Shown here piece after piece: positions 35,105-46,448 of a stretch of DNA of 64,000 nt (the first letter of the stretch is position 1; each line of letters opens with the position of its first letter). Both the position numbers and the translations under genes were made by a program. The notes below the pieces were generated by a model that saw only the letters and a program-made list of their open reading frames with translations, did no database searches and had not been told where the DNA came from. The DNA lies in the NCBI GenBank assembly GCA_001829005.1, contig MIAG01000001.1:709007-773006 (forward strand), in the 5' to 3' direction. This DNA is from Sphingobacteriia bacterium RIFOXYC2_FULL_35_18 (lineage in GTDB: Bacteria > Bacteroidota > Bacteroidia > Chitinophagales > Chitinophagaceae).

Positions 35105-36865
35105 ATGAGTACAATCGTTAAAGAATCCAATCAAAAAGACATTGTTGTTCAACTTACAACTGATATAGCTGTAACTAAAGAATTGTCTGGATCGCAGGCA
35201 GTGCTTGAAGCTTGTATTGCAGAAGGAGTAGACACGATATTTGGTTATCCAGGTGGAGCCATCATGCCCATTTATGATGCTTTATACGATTATAATGATC
35301 GTTTAAAGCATGTACTAGTAAGGCATGAGCAAGGGGGAATTCATGCAGGTCAAGGTTATGCAAGAAGTAGTGGCAAAGTAGGTGTAGTGTTTGCTACTAG
35401 TGGCCCTGGGGCAACCAATCTGGTTACTGGTTTAGCAGATGCAATGATAGATAGTACTCCATTGGTTTGTATTACCGGACAAGTATTTGCTCATCTATTA
35501 GGAACAGATGCTTTTCAAGAAACTGATGTGATTAATATTACGACTCCTGTTACTAAATGGAATTATCAAATAACCGATGCGACCGAAATTCCACATATAT
35601 TATCAAAAGCATTTTATATAGCAGGTTCAGGAAGACCAGGCCCTGTATTAATTGATATTAGTAAGAATGCCCAAATTCAAAAATTTAACTACGAAGGATA
35701 TACTAAGTGCAATCATATCAGAAGTTATAGACCAAAGCCAATTGTTCGAAAAGAATATATAGAAGCGGCGGCTCAATTAATTAATGAAGCAAAAAAACCA
35801 TTTGTCATTTTTGGTCAGGGTGTAATACTTGGAAGGGCAGAAAAAGAATTTAAAGCATTTATTGAAAAAGGCGGATTGCCTGCAGCTTGGACCATATTGG
35901 GGTTAAGTGCTTTGCCTACTGATCATCCGCAAAATGTGGGTATGTTAGGCATGCATGGCAATTATGGCCCGAATGTATTAACCAACGAATGCGATGTATT
36001 GATTGCGGTAGGAATGCGTTTTGATGACCGTGTAACAGGAAGATTAGATAAATATGCCAAGCAAGCAAAAATTATTCATCTAGATATTGATCCTGCAGAA
36101 ATTAATAAGAATGTAACTGCAACTATTCCAGTATGGGGCGATTGTAAAGAAACATTGCCCATGCTTACTCAATTGATTCAAGAAAAGCAGCACAAAGAAT
36201 GGCTGGCTTTGTTTAATCAATATACCAAGGACGAACACGATGCAGTCATTAACGCAGAATTGCATCCAACCAAAGGGGAGTTGACCATGGGAGAAGTGAT
36301 TCATTTATTAAATGAATTAACGGGTGGAAATGCAATTGTTGTAACAGATGTAGGTCAACACCAAATGGTAGCATGTAGGTATGCAAAGTTTAATGAAACC
36401 AAAAGCAATATTACTTCTGGTGGATTAGGAACCATGGGCTTTGCATTGCCAGCAGCAATTGGGGCAAAGTTTGGTGCACTTGATAGAACTGTTGTTGCAG
36501 TAATTGGTGATGGTGGATTTCAAATGACTTTACAAGAGTTGGGCACTATTATGCAAACAGGCTTGAATGTAAAAATCTTGATTTTAAATAATCGCTTTTT
36601 AGGAATGGTACGTCAATGGCAAGAACTTTTCAATGATAGAAGATACTCTTTTGTAGATATACAAAGTCCTGATTTTGTTCAGTTGGCAAAAGCTTATGGT
36701 ATTGATGGGGCATCTGTAGATGATAGAAAACTACTAAAAAATGCTTTACAAACCATGTTAGATCATGATGGGTCTTATTTGTTGGAAGTAATGGTGGGAA
36801 AAGAAAACAATGTATTCCCAATGGTGCCTCAAGGTTGTAGTGTTTCTGAAATCAGGTTAAAATAA
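35105..36865 (+). CDS. ilvB: Acetolactate synthase large subunit
   Basis: ThDP-enzyme motifs (GYPGGAI, GDGGFQM). Confidence 0.92.
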   Translation: MSTIVKESNQKDIVVQLTTDIAVTKELSGSQAVLEACIAEGVDTIFGYPGGAIMPIYDALYDYNDRLKHVLVRHEQGGIHAGQGYARSSGKVGVVFATSGPGATNLVTGLADAMIDSTPLVCITGQVFAHLLGTDAFQETDVINITTPVTKWNYQITDATEIPHILSKAFYIAGSGRPGPVLIDISKNAQIQKFNYEGYTKCNHIRSYRPKPIVRKEYIEAAAQLINEAKKPFVIFGQGVILGRAEKEFKAFIEKGGLPAAWTILGLSALPTDHPQNVGMLGMHGNYGPNVLTNECDVLIAVGMRFDDRVTGRLDKYAKQAKIIHLDIDPAEINKNVTATIPVWGDCKETLPMLTQLIQEKQHKEWLALFNQYTKDEHDAVINAELHPTKGELTMGEVIHLLNELTGGNAIVVTDVGQHQMVACRYAKFNETKSNITSGGLGTMGFALPAAIGAKFGALDRTVVAVIGDGGFQMTLQELGTIMQTGLNVKILILNNRFLGMVRQWQELFNDRRYSFVDIQSPDFVQLAKAYGIDGASVDDRKLLKNALQTMLDHDGSYLLEVMVGKENNVFPMVPQGCSVSEIRLK

Positions 36866-36870
36866 TTGCT

Positions 36871-37458
36871 ATGAAAAAAGAATATACCATTACTGTTTAT
36901 ACGGAGAACCAAGTTGGGTTGCTCAACCGTATTGCGATTATTTTTTCTAGAAGAAAAATCAATATAGATAGTTTGAATGTTTCTCCTTCTGAAGTAGAAT
37001 CTATACATCGCTTTACTATTGTTATTAATGAAACTGTAGAAGTAGTAAGAAAACTCTGCTTGCAAATTGAAAAGCAAGTGGAAGTGCTGAAAGCTTATTA
37101 TAATACCAATGATGAAATCATTTGGCAAGAAATGGCTTTATACAAAGTACCTACCGATGCAGTTGCAGAAAAACTACAAGTAGAACGTTTGCTCAGAGAG
37201 TATGGTGCAAGGGCTGTAGTAATTAGAAAAGATTATACCATTTTTGAAACTACAGGACATAGAGAAGAAACCGATCGATTAATCCAATTTTTAGAACCTT
37301 ATGGGTTGATTGAATTTGTACGCACTGCTAGAATCGCAATCATTAAAGCCAGTAGTGGATTCCATGAAAAGATTCGTGAGTTTGAAGCTGTTGAGCCAGC
37401 AGAAGAACTCATTGAAAATGAATTTCTAGATAAGGGTCAGGCTGTTTTTACTATGTAA
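36871..37458 (+). CDS. ilvN: Acetolactate synthase small (regulatory) subunit
   Basis: ACT-domain start YTITVYTENQVGLLNRI. It sits directly after ilvB. Confidence 0.88.
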   Translation: MKKEYTITVYTENQVGLLNRIAIIFSRRKINIDSLNVSPSEVESIHRFTIVINETVEVVRKLCLQIEKQVEVLKAYYNTNDEIIWQEMALYKVPTDAVAEKLQVERLLREYGARAVVIRKDYTIFETTGHREETDRLIQFLEPYGLIEFVRTARIAIIKASSGFHEKIREFEAVEPAEELIENEFLDKGQAVFTM

Positions 37459-37490
37459 TCTAAATTTTAAAAAATATCAAATTAAACAAT

Positions 37491-38975
37491 ATGGCAAACT
37501 ATTTCAATTCTCTACCGCTACGTGAACAGCTTAATCAATTAGGCGTTTGCGAATTCATGGACCAATCTGCTTTTACAGATGGAATCAATGCATTGGTTGG
37601 GAAAAAACTAGTGATTATTGGATGTGGTGCACAAGGGTTGAATCAGGGATTGAATATGCGTGATTCAGGTTTAAACATTGCTTATGCCTTGCGCAAAGAA
37701 GCCATTGAACAGAAACGTGCTTCTTATATTAGTGCAACTGAGAATAATTTTGCAGTTGGAACATATGAGGAATTAATTCCCCAAGCAGATGTGGTAATCA
37801 ACCTAACTCCAGATAAACAACATAGTTCGGTTATTAATGCAGTAATGCCTTTGATGAAAAAAGGTGCAACCCTTTCTTATTCACACGGGTTCAATATTGT
37901 GGAAGAAGGCATGCAAATCAGAAACGATATTACGGTAATTATGGTTGCCCCAAAATGCCCAGGAACGGAAGTGCGTGAAGAATACAAAAGAGGATTTGGG
38001 GTGCCTACTTTAATTGCGGTTCATCCTGAAAATGATCCGGAAGGAAAGGGCTGGGATTATGCCAAAGCTTATTGTGTAGGAACTGGTGGTCATAAAGCAG
38101 GTGTATTAAAATCTTCTTTTGTTGCCGAAGTGAAGTCAGACTTAATGGGTGAGCAAACCATTCTTTGTGGGTTACTACAAACCGGTTCTATTTTATCATT
38201 CAATAAAATGATTGAAAAAGGAATAAATGCCGGATATGCTGCAAAACTAATTCAATATGGATGGGAAGTTATTACCGAAGCCCTTAAACAGGGTGGTATT
38301 ACTGCAATGATGGACCGATTATCTAATCCTGCAAAGTTGAAAGCTTTTGAATTATCTGAAGAGTTAAAACAAATCATGCGTCCTTTGTTTCAAAAACACC
38401 AAGACGATATTATGAGTGGTGCTTTTTCATCTGGAATGATGGAGGATTGGGCCAATGGAGATAAAAAATTATTGACTTGGAGAGAAGCAACTGGTGCAAC
38501 TGCTTTTGAAAAAACAGCACCAGGTACAATGAAAATTGCAGAGCAAGAATTTTTTGACAATGGGCTTTTGTTGGTTGCTTTTGTAAGATCAGGTGTTGAA
38601 TTGGCATTTGAAACAATGGTAGAAGCGGGGATTAAAGAAGAGTCTGCTTATTATGAATCATTGCATGAAACACCATTAATTGCCAATACCATTGCCAGAA
38701 AGAAATTGTACGAAATGAATCGGGTTATTTCTGATACGGCGGAATATGGATGTTATTTATTTGACCATGCTTGTAAACCGCTATTGGCAGGCTTTATGGA
38801 AAAAATTGGCACAGATACTATTGGTAAAAATTTTAATGAGGGGAAAGACAATGGAGTAGATAACAAAACTTTAATAGCGGTAAACGCGGTTATTCGTTAT
38901 CATCCTGTTGAGATTGTAGGTGAAAAATTAAGACAAGCAATGACCGATATGAAAACCATTGCAACAAACCTTTGA
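37491..38975 (+). CDS. ilvC: Ketol-acid reductoisomerase (long, class II type)
   Basis: MANYFNSL..., [17 protein letters not shown]. 494 aa. Confidence 0.92.
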   Translation: MANYFNSLPLREQLNQLGVCEFMDQSAFTDGINALVGKKLVIIGCGAQGLNQGLNMRDSGLNIAYALRKEAIEQKRASYISATENNFAVGTYEELIPQADVVINLTPDKQHSSVINAVMPLMKKGATLSYSHGFNIVEEGMQIRNDITVIMVAPKCPGTEVREEYKRGFGVPTLIAVHPENDPEGKGWDYAKAYCVGTGGHKAGVLKSSFVAEVKSDLMGEQTILCGLLQTGSILSFNKMIEKGINAGYAAKLIQYGWEVITEALKQGGITAMMDRLSNPAKLKAFELSEELKQIMRPLFQKHQDDIMSGAFSSGMMEDWANGDKKLLTWREATGATAFEKTAPGTMKIAEQEFFDNGLLLVAFVRSGVELAFETMVEAGIKEESAYYESLHETPLIANTIARKKLYEMNRVISDTAEYGCYLFDHACKPLLAGFMEKIGTDTIGKNFNEGKDNGVDNKTLIAVNAVIRYHPVEIVGEKLRQAMTDMKTIATNL

Positions 38976-40249
38976 TTCAATCAATCATGATAGGGAACCA
39001 TACAATAAAACAATCTTTTGGTTTAGATATTGAAGCAGCTAGTATAAAACTACGTCAAGTGGTAAAACATACGCCATTAATCTTTAATGCTTCATTGTCT
39101 AAAAAATATGATTGTACTGTTTATCTGAAAAGAGAAGATTTGCAGATTGTGCGATCGTATAAGTTGCGTGGTGCCTACAATATGATTAGTAGTTTATCCG
39201 AAACAGAAAGACTCAACGGAGTTGTTTGTGCAAGTGCGGGAAATCATGCGCAGGGTTTTGCTTATAGTTGTAAACTACTCAATATTAAAGGGGTAGTTTT
39301 TATGCCCATTATTACCCCCAATCAAAAAGTTACACAAACAAGAATGTTTGGAGATGGACATATTGAAATTAAACTAGTGGGTGATACTTTTGATGATTGT
39401 GCTACTGCCGCAAAAGCATTTACAGAAGCCAATGGAATGACTTTTATTCCTCCATTTGATGATGTTAAAATTATTGAGGGTCAAGCAACTGTAGGAGTTG
39501 AAATTTTAGAAGAACTGAAAAAGATTGATTATTTATTTGCGCCTGTGGGTGGGGGTGGATTGATTGCTGGCGTGGGTGCTTATTTTCATGATCAATCTCC
39601 ATCTACTCAAATAATTGGTGTAGAACCTGAAGGCGCACCTTCTATGACAGAAGCCTTAAAAGCGGGTCATCCAATTAAGCTAGATAATATTGATCCCTTC
39701 GTGGATGGTGCTGCAGTTAAAAGAGTGGGAGATGCACCTTTTGAAATTTGTAAGGAAGTAATTGATCAAATGGTATTGGTAAATGAAGGAAAAGTATGTT
39801 CCACAATCTTGAAATTGTATAATGAAGATGCCATCGTAGTTGAACCTGCAGGTGCTTTATCTATAGCCGCATTGGATGATTTTGCTGCTGCAATAAAAGG
39901 TAAAACTGTGGTTTGTATTGTAAGCGGAAGCAATAATGATATTGATCGGATGCAAGAAATCAAAGAACGTTCATTACAATTTGAGGGGCTGAAACATTTC
40001 TTTTTAATCAGATTCGCACAAAGACCTGGTGCTTTAAAAGAATTCGTTAATCATGTTCTTGGGCCTACTGATGATATTGTTCGTTTTGAGTATATGCAAA
40101 AACACAATAAAGAAACGGGTCCAGCTTTGGTAGGAATTGAAATGCAAGACAAAGCAGATTATGAGCGATTGTTAGCAAATATGAAAGAATACCATATCAA
40201 CTTTACCCCTATTAACAAGAATGATAATTTATTTGGGTACTTAATTTAA
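38972..40249 (+). CDS. ilvA: Threonine ammonia-lyase (biosynthetic threonine dehydratase, short form)
   Basis: PLP motif [15 protein letters not shown], and a single C-terminal regulatory domain. Confidence 0.88.
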   Translation: MIQSIMIGNHTIKQSFGLDIEAASIKLRQVVKHTPLIFNASLSKKYDCTVYLKREDLQIVRSYKLRGAYNMISSLSETERLNGVVCASAGNHAQGFAYSCKLLNIKGVVFMPIITPNQKVTQTRMFGDGHIEIKLVGDTFDDCATAAKAFTEANGMTFIPPFDDVKIIEGQATVGVEILEELKKIDYLFAPVGGGGLIAGVGAYFHDQSPSTQIIGVEPEGAPSMTEALKAGHPIKLDNIDPFVDGAAVKRVGDAPFEICKEVIDQMVLVNEGKVCSTILKLYNEDAIVVEPAGALSIAALDDFAAAIKGKTVVCIVSGSNNDIDRMQEIKERSLQFEGLKHFFLIRFAQRPGALKEFVNHVLGPTDDIVRFEYMQKHNKETGPALVGIEMQDKADYERLLANMKEYHINFTPINKNDNLFGYLI

Positions 40250-40260
40250 TAACAATTTAT

Positions 40261-42699
40261 ATGCAGGTATTGAAATTTGGGGGGAGTTCTGTAGCCAACG
40301 CAGAAAATATAAGCAAGGTTGCAGTGATTGTTTCAAAAGCGATTCAGAAAGAAACTACGATTCTGGTAGTGTCTGCATTGGGTGGAGTGACCGATCAATT
40401 AATTGAAATCGGAATTAAAGCTGCTACTGGAAACGAAAGTTATAAAGAACAAATTCAATTGCTCGAGCATAAGCATTTAGAAACGGTACGCGCTTTATTG
40501 CATATACAAAACCAAAGTGCAACACTAAGTTGGGTAAAGCAGCAACTCAATGAATTGGAAAGAGTATGTGATGGTATTTTTTTATTAGGAGAATTGTCTG
40601 CTAGAATTAAAGACCGTTTAGTAAGCTATGGTGAATTGTTGTCGTCTTATATCATTACCGCAAAATTGGCGGAAATGAGTTTGCAGCCAGTTTGGACAGA
40701 TTCAAGACAGCTGATATTAACCAATGAACAATATGGCAATGCAACGGTTCAATTAGAAAAAACCTATGCCAATATTGACAGTTTTTTAGCAAGACACCCT
40801 GCACAATTATATGTAGCGCCTGGTTTCATTGCTTCGAATGATAAAAAGTATACGACTACTTTGGGTAGAGGTGGGTCTGATTATACAGGAGCTATTTTTG
40901 CAGCAGCCACCAATGCAAGCACACTTGAAATTTGGACAGATGTGACTGGTATGATGACTGCTGATCCAAGATTGGTACAAAATCCAAAGCCTATAGAAGC
41001 CATTTCTTATCAAGAAGCCATGGAGCTTTCTCATTTTGGGGCAAAAATTATTTATCCGCCTACGATACAACCGGTAATGAAAAAAAATATTCCGGTTTGG
41101 GTGAAGAATACCTTTGAACCTGATGCTGCTGGAACTGTAATTCAACAACATGCAGTTGCCAATAATGATATTGTTCGCGGTATATCTAGTATCAATAAAA
41201 TTGCTTTACTCAGTTTAGAGGGAAGTGGAATGATAGGTATACCAGGCTTTAGTAAGCGATTGTTTGAAGTGCTGGCCATGCGAAATATCAATGTTATTTT
41301 AATTACACAAAGTTCTTCAGAGTATTCTATTTGTGTGGCAATTAACGAAGCAGATGCTTCCCTTGCACAACAATCTATAGATGCTTTCTTTGCTTATGAA
41401 ATAGAAAACGGGAAAGTAAATCCAGTATCGGTAGAAACCAACTTGAGCATCATTGCAGTAGTAGGTGAACAAATGAAGAGTCATCCAGGCATTAGTGGAA
41501 AAATGTTTGGGGGCTTGGGTAGGAATGGCATTAATGTTCGTGCAATAGCTCAAGGTTCTTCAGAAAAAAATATTTCTGCTGTTATAGCAGCTGCTGACGT
41601 TAAAAAAGCCATCAACGTATTACATGAAGATTTTTTTGAAACAACCTATAAGCAGCTAAATGTTTTTATTGCAGGTGCAGGAAATGTAGGTGGAAAATTA
41701 TTGAGTCAATTGCATCAGCAAATGCAATACTTAAAAGAGCATATGCGATTGCAAATACAAGTAGTTGGAATTGCAAATAGCAGAAGAGTGATTTTGGATG
41801 ATGCAGGAATTGACTTAACCAATTGGAAATCTTTATTAGATCAAGCTCCTGAAGCCAATATTCATTCCTTTGTAGCGTCGATTGTTGAAAAAAACTTGCG
41901 CAATAGTGTTTTTGTTGATGTAACTGCTAACGATACAGTTGCATTGGTGTATGGTAGTTTACTATCGAAGAGTATTGCAGTGGTAGCTTGTAATAAAATT
42001 GCTTGTTCAGCATCTTATGCAGATTATAAAAAGCTGAAATCATTAGCCAGAACATTCAATACCCAGTTTTTATATGAAACCAATGTAGGAGCAGGCTTGC
42101 CTATCATTGGAACCTTGAATGATTTACTAAGAAGTGGCGATAAAATCAATAAGATTCAAGCAGTATTATCGGGTACTTTAAATTTTGTTTTTAATCAGTA
42201 TAATGGAACCATTCCTTTTGCACAAGTTGTAAAGCGTGCACAAGAGGAAGGTTATACAGAACCAGATCCAAGATTAGATTTAGGGGGTACAGATGTTATG
42301 CGTAAAATCATGATCTTAGCAAGAGAAGCGGGTGAACCAATGGAAATGAATCAAATTACCAATGAGGCATTCTTGCCAGCTAGTTGTTTTGAGGGCTCTG
42401 TGGAGGATTTTTATGCAGAGATGGAAAAACAAGAACCGCATTTTAAGCAATTATATGAAGCGGCTCAATTAAAAAATGCAAAATTAAAATTTGTTGCTGA
42501 GTTTGATAAAGGACTTGCCAAAGTAGGTTTACAACATATACCCGCTGATTCTGATTTTTATCATTTGTACGGCAAAGACAATTTGGTTTTGTTTTATACT
42601 GAGCGTTATCCAGAACAGCCCTTGGTGGTTAAGGGTGCAGGTGCTGGAGCAGAAGTAACTGCATCTGGTGTATTTGCTGATATTATTAGAGTAGCATAA
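40261..42699 (+). CDS. thrA: Bifunctional aspartokinase / homoserine dehydrogenase
   Basis: MQVLKFGGSSV kinase start, ACT region and a C-terminal homoserine dehydrogenase domain. 812 aa. Confidence 0.92.
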   Translation: MQVLKFGGSSVANAENISKVAVIVSKAIQKETTILVVSALGGVTDQLIEIGIKAATGNESYKEQIQLLEHKHLETVRALLHIQNQSATLSWVKQQLNELERVCDGIFLLGELSARIKDRLVSYGELLSSYIITAKLAEMSLQPVWTDSRQLILTNEQYGNATVQLEKTYANIDSFLARHPAQLYVAPGFIASNDKKYTTTLGRGGSDYTGAIFAAATNASTLEIWTDVTGMMTADPRLVQNPKPIEAISYQEAMELSHFGAKIIYPPTIQPVMKKNIPVWVKNTFEPDAAGTVIQQHAVANNDIVRGISSINKIALLSLEGSGMIGIPGFSKRLFEVLAMRNINVILITQSSSEYSICVAINEADASLAQQSIDAFFAYEIENGKVNPVSVETNLSIIAVVGEQMKSHPGISGKMFGGLGRNGINVRAIAQGSSEKNISAVIAAADVKKAINVLHEDFFETTYKQLNVFIAGAGNVGGKLLSQLHQQMQYLKEHMRLQIQVVGIANSRRVILDDAGIDLTNWKSLLDQAPEANIHSFVASIVEKNLRNSVFVDVTANDTVALVYGSLLSKSIAVVACNKIACSASYADYKKLKSLARTFNTQFLYETNVGAGLPIIGTLNDLLRSGDKINKIQAVLSGTLNFVFNQYNGTIPFAQVVKRAQEEGYTEPDPRLDLGGTDVMRKIMILAREAGEPMEMNQITNEAFLPASCFEGSVEDFYAEMEKQEPHFKQLYEAAQLKNAKLKFVAEFDKGLAKVGLQHIPADSDFYHLYGKDNLVLFYTERYPEQPLVVKGAGAGAEVTASGVFADIIRVA

Positions 42700-42701
42700 T
42701 T

Positions 42702-43631
42702 ATGGCTAATAAAATTACCATACATAGTCCTGCTACTGTTGCCAATATGGTTTGTGGCTTTGATGTATTAGGATTTGCAGTGAATGATCCCTTTGATATC
42801 ATGTATATTGAATTCAAAGTCGAGCCAGGTATTACCATTGTAAATGAAGACGACTTCAACTTGCCTACAGATCCACAACAAAATGTAGCGGGTGCCGCTT
42901 TATTGGCGCTGATGGAAGCTTACGAGAAACCAGTTGGCTTCAAACTCACCATTAATAAACAAATTAAACCTGGTAGTGGAGTAGGGTCAAGTGCAGCCAG
43001 CTCAGCAGGTGCAGTTGTTGGTGCAAATGCCATTTTGGGAAATCCCTTTTCAAAAGAAGACTTGGTACGATTTGCGATGAATGGTGAAAAACTGGCTTCA
43101 GGGGTAAAACATGCAGACAATATTGCTCCCTGTATTTATGGTGGTGTTACTTTAATTCGTTCTGTATTTCCACTAGATATTATTAAACTTACTGTACCTG
43201 ATTTATATGTAACAATTGTACATCCGCAAATTGAAGTGAGAACTGCTGATGCAAGAAGCATTTTGAAACAGCAAATTTTATTGAAAGATGCTATTAAGCA
43301 ATGGGGGAATATCGCAGGTTTAGTTGCTGGTTTAGAACAAGGCAATTATGAGTTGATTGGGAGATCTTTAGAAGATGTTTTGATAGAACCTACCCGGAGT
43401 ATTTTAATTCCTGCTTTTGATCAAGTAAAAAAAATCAGTAAAGAGTTAGGGGCTTTAGGTGGAGGTATATCGGGTTCTGGACCATCTATATTTATGTTGA
43501 GCACCAATGAATTTACTGCTAAGTCTGTTGAAATAGCAATGGGTCAAATTTATGATTCCATAGGTTTAAGTTATCATACTTATGTAACTACCATTAATAC
43601 CAATGGTATTCAATTAATGGAAGCGTCATGA
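42702..43631 (+). CDS. thrB: Homoserine kinase
   Basis: GHMP kinase motif PGSGVGSSAAS. Confidence 0.9.
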   Translation: MANKITIHSPATVANMVCGFDVLGFAVNDPFDIMYIEFKVEPGITIVNEDDFNLPTDPQQNVAGAALLALMEAYEKPVGFKLTINKQIKPGSGVGSSAASSAGAVVGANAILGNPFSKEDLVRFAMNGEKLASGVKHADNIAPCIYGGVTLIRSVFPLDIIKLTVPDLYVTIVHPQIEVRTADARSILKQQILLKDAIKQWGNIAGLVAGLEQGNYELIGRSLEDVLIEPTRSILIPAFDQVKKISKELGALGGGISGSGPSIFMLSTNEFTAKSVEIAMGQIYDSIGLSYHTYVTTINTNGIQLMEAS

Positions 43632-44923
43632 AATATTTTAGTTTAAATAAGCAATCGCCCATAGTCAATTTTAAAGAAGCTACTATACTAGGACAAGCAC
43701 CTGATAAGGGTTTGTATTTTCCTGAACGTATTCCTATTCATACTCCTGATTTTATTGGTCAACTTCAACAACTATCAAAAGAAGATATTGCTTTTCGAGT
43801 GATGGAACCATTTGTGGGCGACACTATACCTGCAGATGAATTATACCGAATTGTTAGTGAAACGGTTAACTTCCCTTTTCCTTTAAAATTGATTAACACT
43901 ACTATAGCATCACTTGAATTATACCATGGTCCTACTTTTGCATTTAAAGATGTAGGTGCCCGATTCATGAGTAGGTGCCTATCCTATTTCTCCAAAAATC
44001 AATCCAACAAGATTACTATTTTGGTGGCTACTTCTGGGGATACAGGTGGAGCAGTAGCTAATGGTTTTTTTGGTGTTGAAGGAATTGAGGTGGTTATCTT
44101 GTACCCATCTGGCAAAGTAAGCCCAGTTCAAGAACTACAGTTGACTACATGTGGAGAAAATATTACTGCTTTAGAAGTTGAAGGAAGTTTTGATGATTGT
44201 CAGGCAATGGTTAAAATGGTATTTGCAGATAAAGACATCAATGACCGGATGCAGTTGTGTTCTGCTAACTCTATTAATGTTGCCAGATGGCTTTCGCAAC
44301 AGATATATTATTTCTTAGCCTATCAACAATGGGAGGATCAAACTGCTCCTGTGATTTCAGTTCCTAGTGGAAATTTTGGAAATCTTTGTGCAGGTATTAT
44401 GGCGTATAAAACAGGGCTGCCTGTCAAACATTTTATTGCTGCTTGTAATGTAAATGATGCCGTGCCTGATTATTTGCTAACAGGTATTTTTAAAACAAAG
44501 CCAACTACTCCTACTATTTCAAACGCAATGGATGTAGGCAATCCTAGCAATTTTGTTAGAATATTGGCTTTAATGAATCAAGATTATACTTCTTTTAGTT
44601 CTTTAGTTTCTGGTTATACTATTTCCGATGAAGTTACCATTGAAACCATAAGAGAGGTGCATCAACAATATGATTATCTATTAGATCCACACGGGGCAGT
44701 GGCATATGCAGCATTAAAACAGTACCAACAATTTCATGATGATGCTAAAGGATATATTGTAGAAACAGCTGACCCTGTAAAATTTCCCGATGCAATTAAA
44801 ATGGCTATTGGTTCGGAGCCCTTAATCCCGCTTGCGGCAATGGAATTATTTGCCAAAGAAAAAAGAAGCATACCCATGTTAAACGAATATGCTTCTTTTA
44901 AAGAGTATTTATTAAGTAGGTGA
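43628..44923 (+). CDS. thrC: Threonine synthase
   Basis: PLP lysine motif TFAFKDVG. It overlaps the thrB stop by 4 nt. Confidence 0.9.
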   Translation: MKYFSLNKQSPIVNFKEATILGQAPDKGLYFPERIPIHTPDFIGQLQQLSKEDIAFRVMEPFVGDTIPADELYRIVSETVNFPFPLKLINTTIASLELYHGPTFAFKDVGARFMSRCLSYFSKNQSNKITILVATSGDTGGAVANGFFGVEGIEVVILYPSGKVSPVQELQLTTCGENITALEVEGSFDDCQAMVKMVFADKDINDRMQLCSANSINVARWLSQQIYYFLAYQQWEDQTAPVISVPSGNFGNLCAGIMAYKTGLPVKHFIAACNVNDAVPDYLLTGIFKTKPTTPTISNAMDVGNPSNFVRILALMNQDYTSFSSLVSGYTISDEVTIETIREVHQQYDYLLDPHGAVAYAALKQYQQFHDDAKGYIVETADPVKFPDAIKMAIGSEPLIPLAAMELFAKEKRSIPMLNEYASFKEYLLSR

Positions 44924-44924
44924 T

Positions 44925-46385
44925 TTAGTCTCTATAATTCAGTGCTGGTTTTCTATCACCTAGCAATGGCTTGTATTTATAATCGCCAACGCTTTTTATA
45001 AATTCTTCTTTTGCCTTAACAATCACAGCAGGTTTACTAAATAAATCAATTGCAGTAAGTGCCATTGTTTTTGATGCAACCAACATTCCTTTGGTACCAA
45101 TTTCAGTACCGCCACATGCAACCGCTTGCCAGCTATGGGCTGATGTTCCAGGAATCCAAGTAGCCGCTTCCAATCCTACTGTTGGAACTACATAGCTTAC
45201 ATCACTCACATCACTTGAACCACCACCCGCATCAATTTCTTTTTGTAATGGTTGAATGGTACTAGCTTCTTCTATTGCAGGGGCTTTATTAAAAAAGCTT
45301 GCTTGTATTTTTTTCCCAAATGCTTTTTCTTCTTCTGTATACACGACCCCACCTACTTTTTCAAGATTTGCTTGCATTAGGGAAGCCAATGTTTTATTAA
45401 TTAATAAGTCATGTGTTCCTCCCACTATTTCAAATTTCATGGTGGTGCCAGTACCCAATGCTGCTCCTTCTGCTGCTTTGGTGATTCTATCAAATACATC
45501 AACTGCAACTTCTCTTTTTGGATGGCGAACATAATAATAGACTTCTGCATAATCGGGAACCACATTGGGTGCTTTACCTCCATTGGTAATTACATAATGT
45601 ATTCTGGTTTCCTGAGGAATATGTTCGCGCATCATATTGGCCATATTATTCATTGCTTCAACCGCATCTAAAGAAGAACGTCCGTTCTCTGGAGACATAG
45701 CAGCATGAGAGGATATTCCATAAAATTTAAATTTAGCAGACTTGTTGGCAATAAAACTGGTCATGATTGTTTCGTTTTGGTTGCCCGGATGCCAATGGAT
45801 TACTGCATCTACATTATTGAATAGTCCTTCCCGAACCATATATACTTTACCACTACCACCTTCTTCAGCTGGGCAACCATACACTTTAATAGTGCCACTG
45901 ATTTTTTTCTCTTCCATCAATTTCTTTATAGCGATGCCTGCAGAAACAGATGCCGTCCCAAATAAATGGTGACCACATCCATGCCCTCCTGCTTTTCCTT
46001 CAATGGATTTCTTTTCTGCAATGGCTTCCTGCGCTAATCCTGGCAATGCATCATATTCTGCTAGTATGCCAATCACTGGGCTACCTGTACCATAAGTGGC
46101 TACAAATGCTGTGGGTATACCAGCCACACCTGTTTCTACGCTAAACCCTGCTTCTTTAAGGTTTTGAACATGCAATGCTGCACTCTTGGTTTCCTTATAA
46201 CCCAATTCGGCGTAATCCCATATTTGTAAGGCGGTCCGCTTATCAGCGGGATATGATCCCTCCAAAAACTGAAGTGTAGACGCTTTTAAATTACTTAAAG
46301 CGGTTTCAGCTTGATTCGGGACCGTTTTCTTTTGAGCGTAACTATTGACAGCAATGAATAATAGTAAAGTAGTAAATCTTTTCAT
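44925..46385 (-). CDS. Secreted M20-family amidohydrolase (AbgB-like)
   Basis: Signal peptide, with the motifs GHGCGHHLFG and GCPAEEGG. Confidence 0.82.
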   Translation of the reverse strand: MKRFTTLLLFIAVNSYAQKKTVPNQAETALSNLKASTLQFLEGSYPADKRTALQIWDYAELGYKETKSAALHVQNLKEAGFSVETGVAGIPTAFVATYGTGSPVIGILAEYDALPGLAQEAIAEKKSIEGKAGGHGCGHHLFGTASVSAGIAIKKLMEEKKISGTIKVYGCPAEEGGSGKVYMVREGLFNNVDAVIHWHPGNQNETIMTSFIANKSAKFKFYGISSHAAMSPENGRSSLDAVEAMNNMANMMREHIPQETRIHYVITNGGKAPNVVPDYAEVYYYVRHPKREVAVDVFDRITKAAEGAALGTGTTMKFEIVGGTHDLLINKTLASLMQANLEKVGGVVYTEEEKAFGKKIQASFFNKAPAIEEASTIQPLQKEIDAGGGSSDVSDVSYVVPTVGLEAATWIPGTSAHSWQAVACGGTEIGTKGMLVASKTMALTAIDLFSKPAVIVKAKEEFIKSVGDYKYKPLLGDRKPALNYRD

Positions 46386-46448
46386 GAAGTGAATTTCGTT
46401 TTGTTCAGCATTTAATAAATGAATATATTACTTTTTATAAAGCTTGCT

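Noticed and set aside
44921-44927. Convergent gene pairs with 0-1 nt between their stop codons and no terminator (thrC/M20 hydrolase here, and 47770..48429/48430..48990 at 48429/48430).
   Set aside because: This is real but probably just a compact genome arrangement. I found no structure suggesting regulation.
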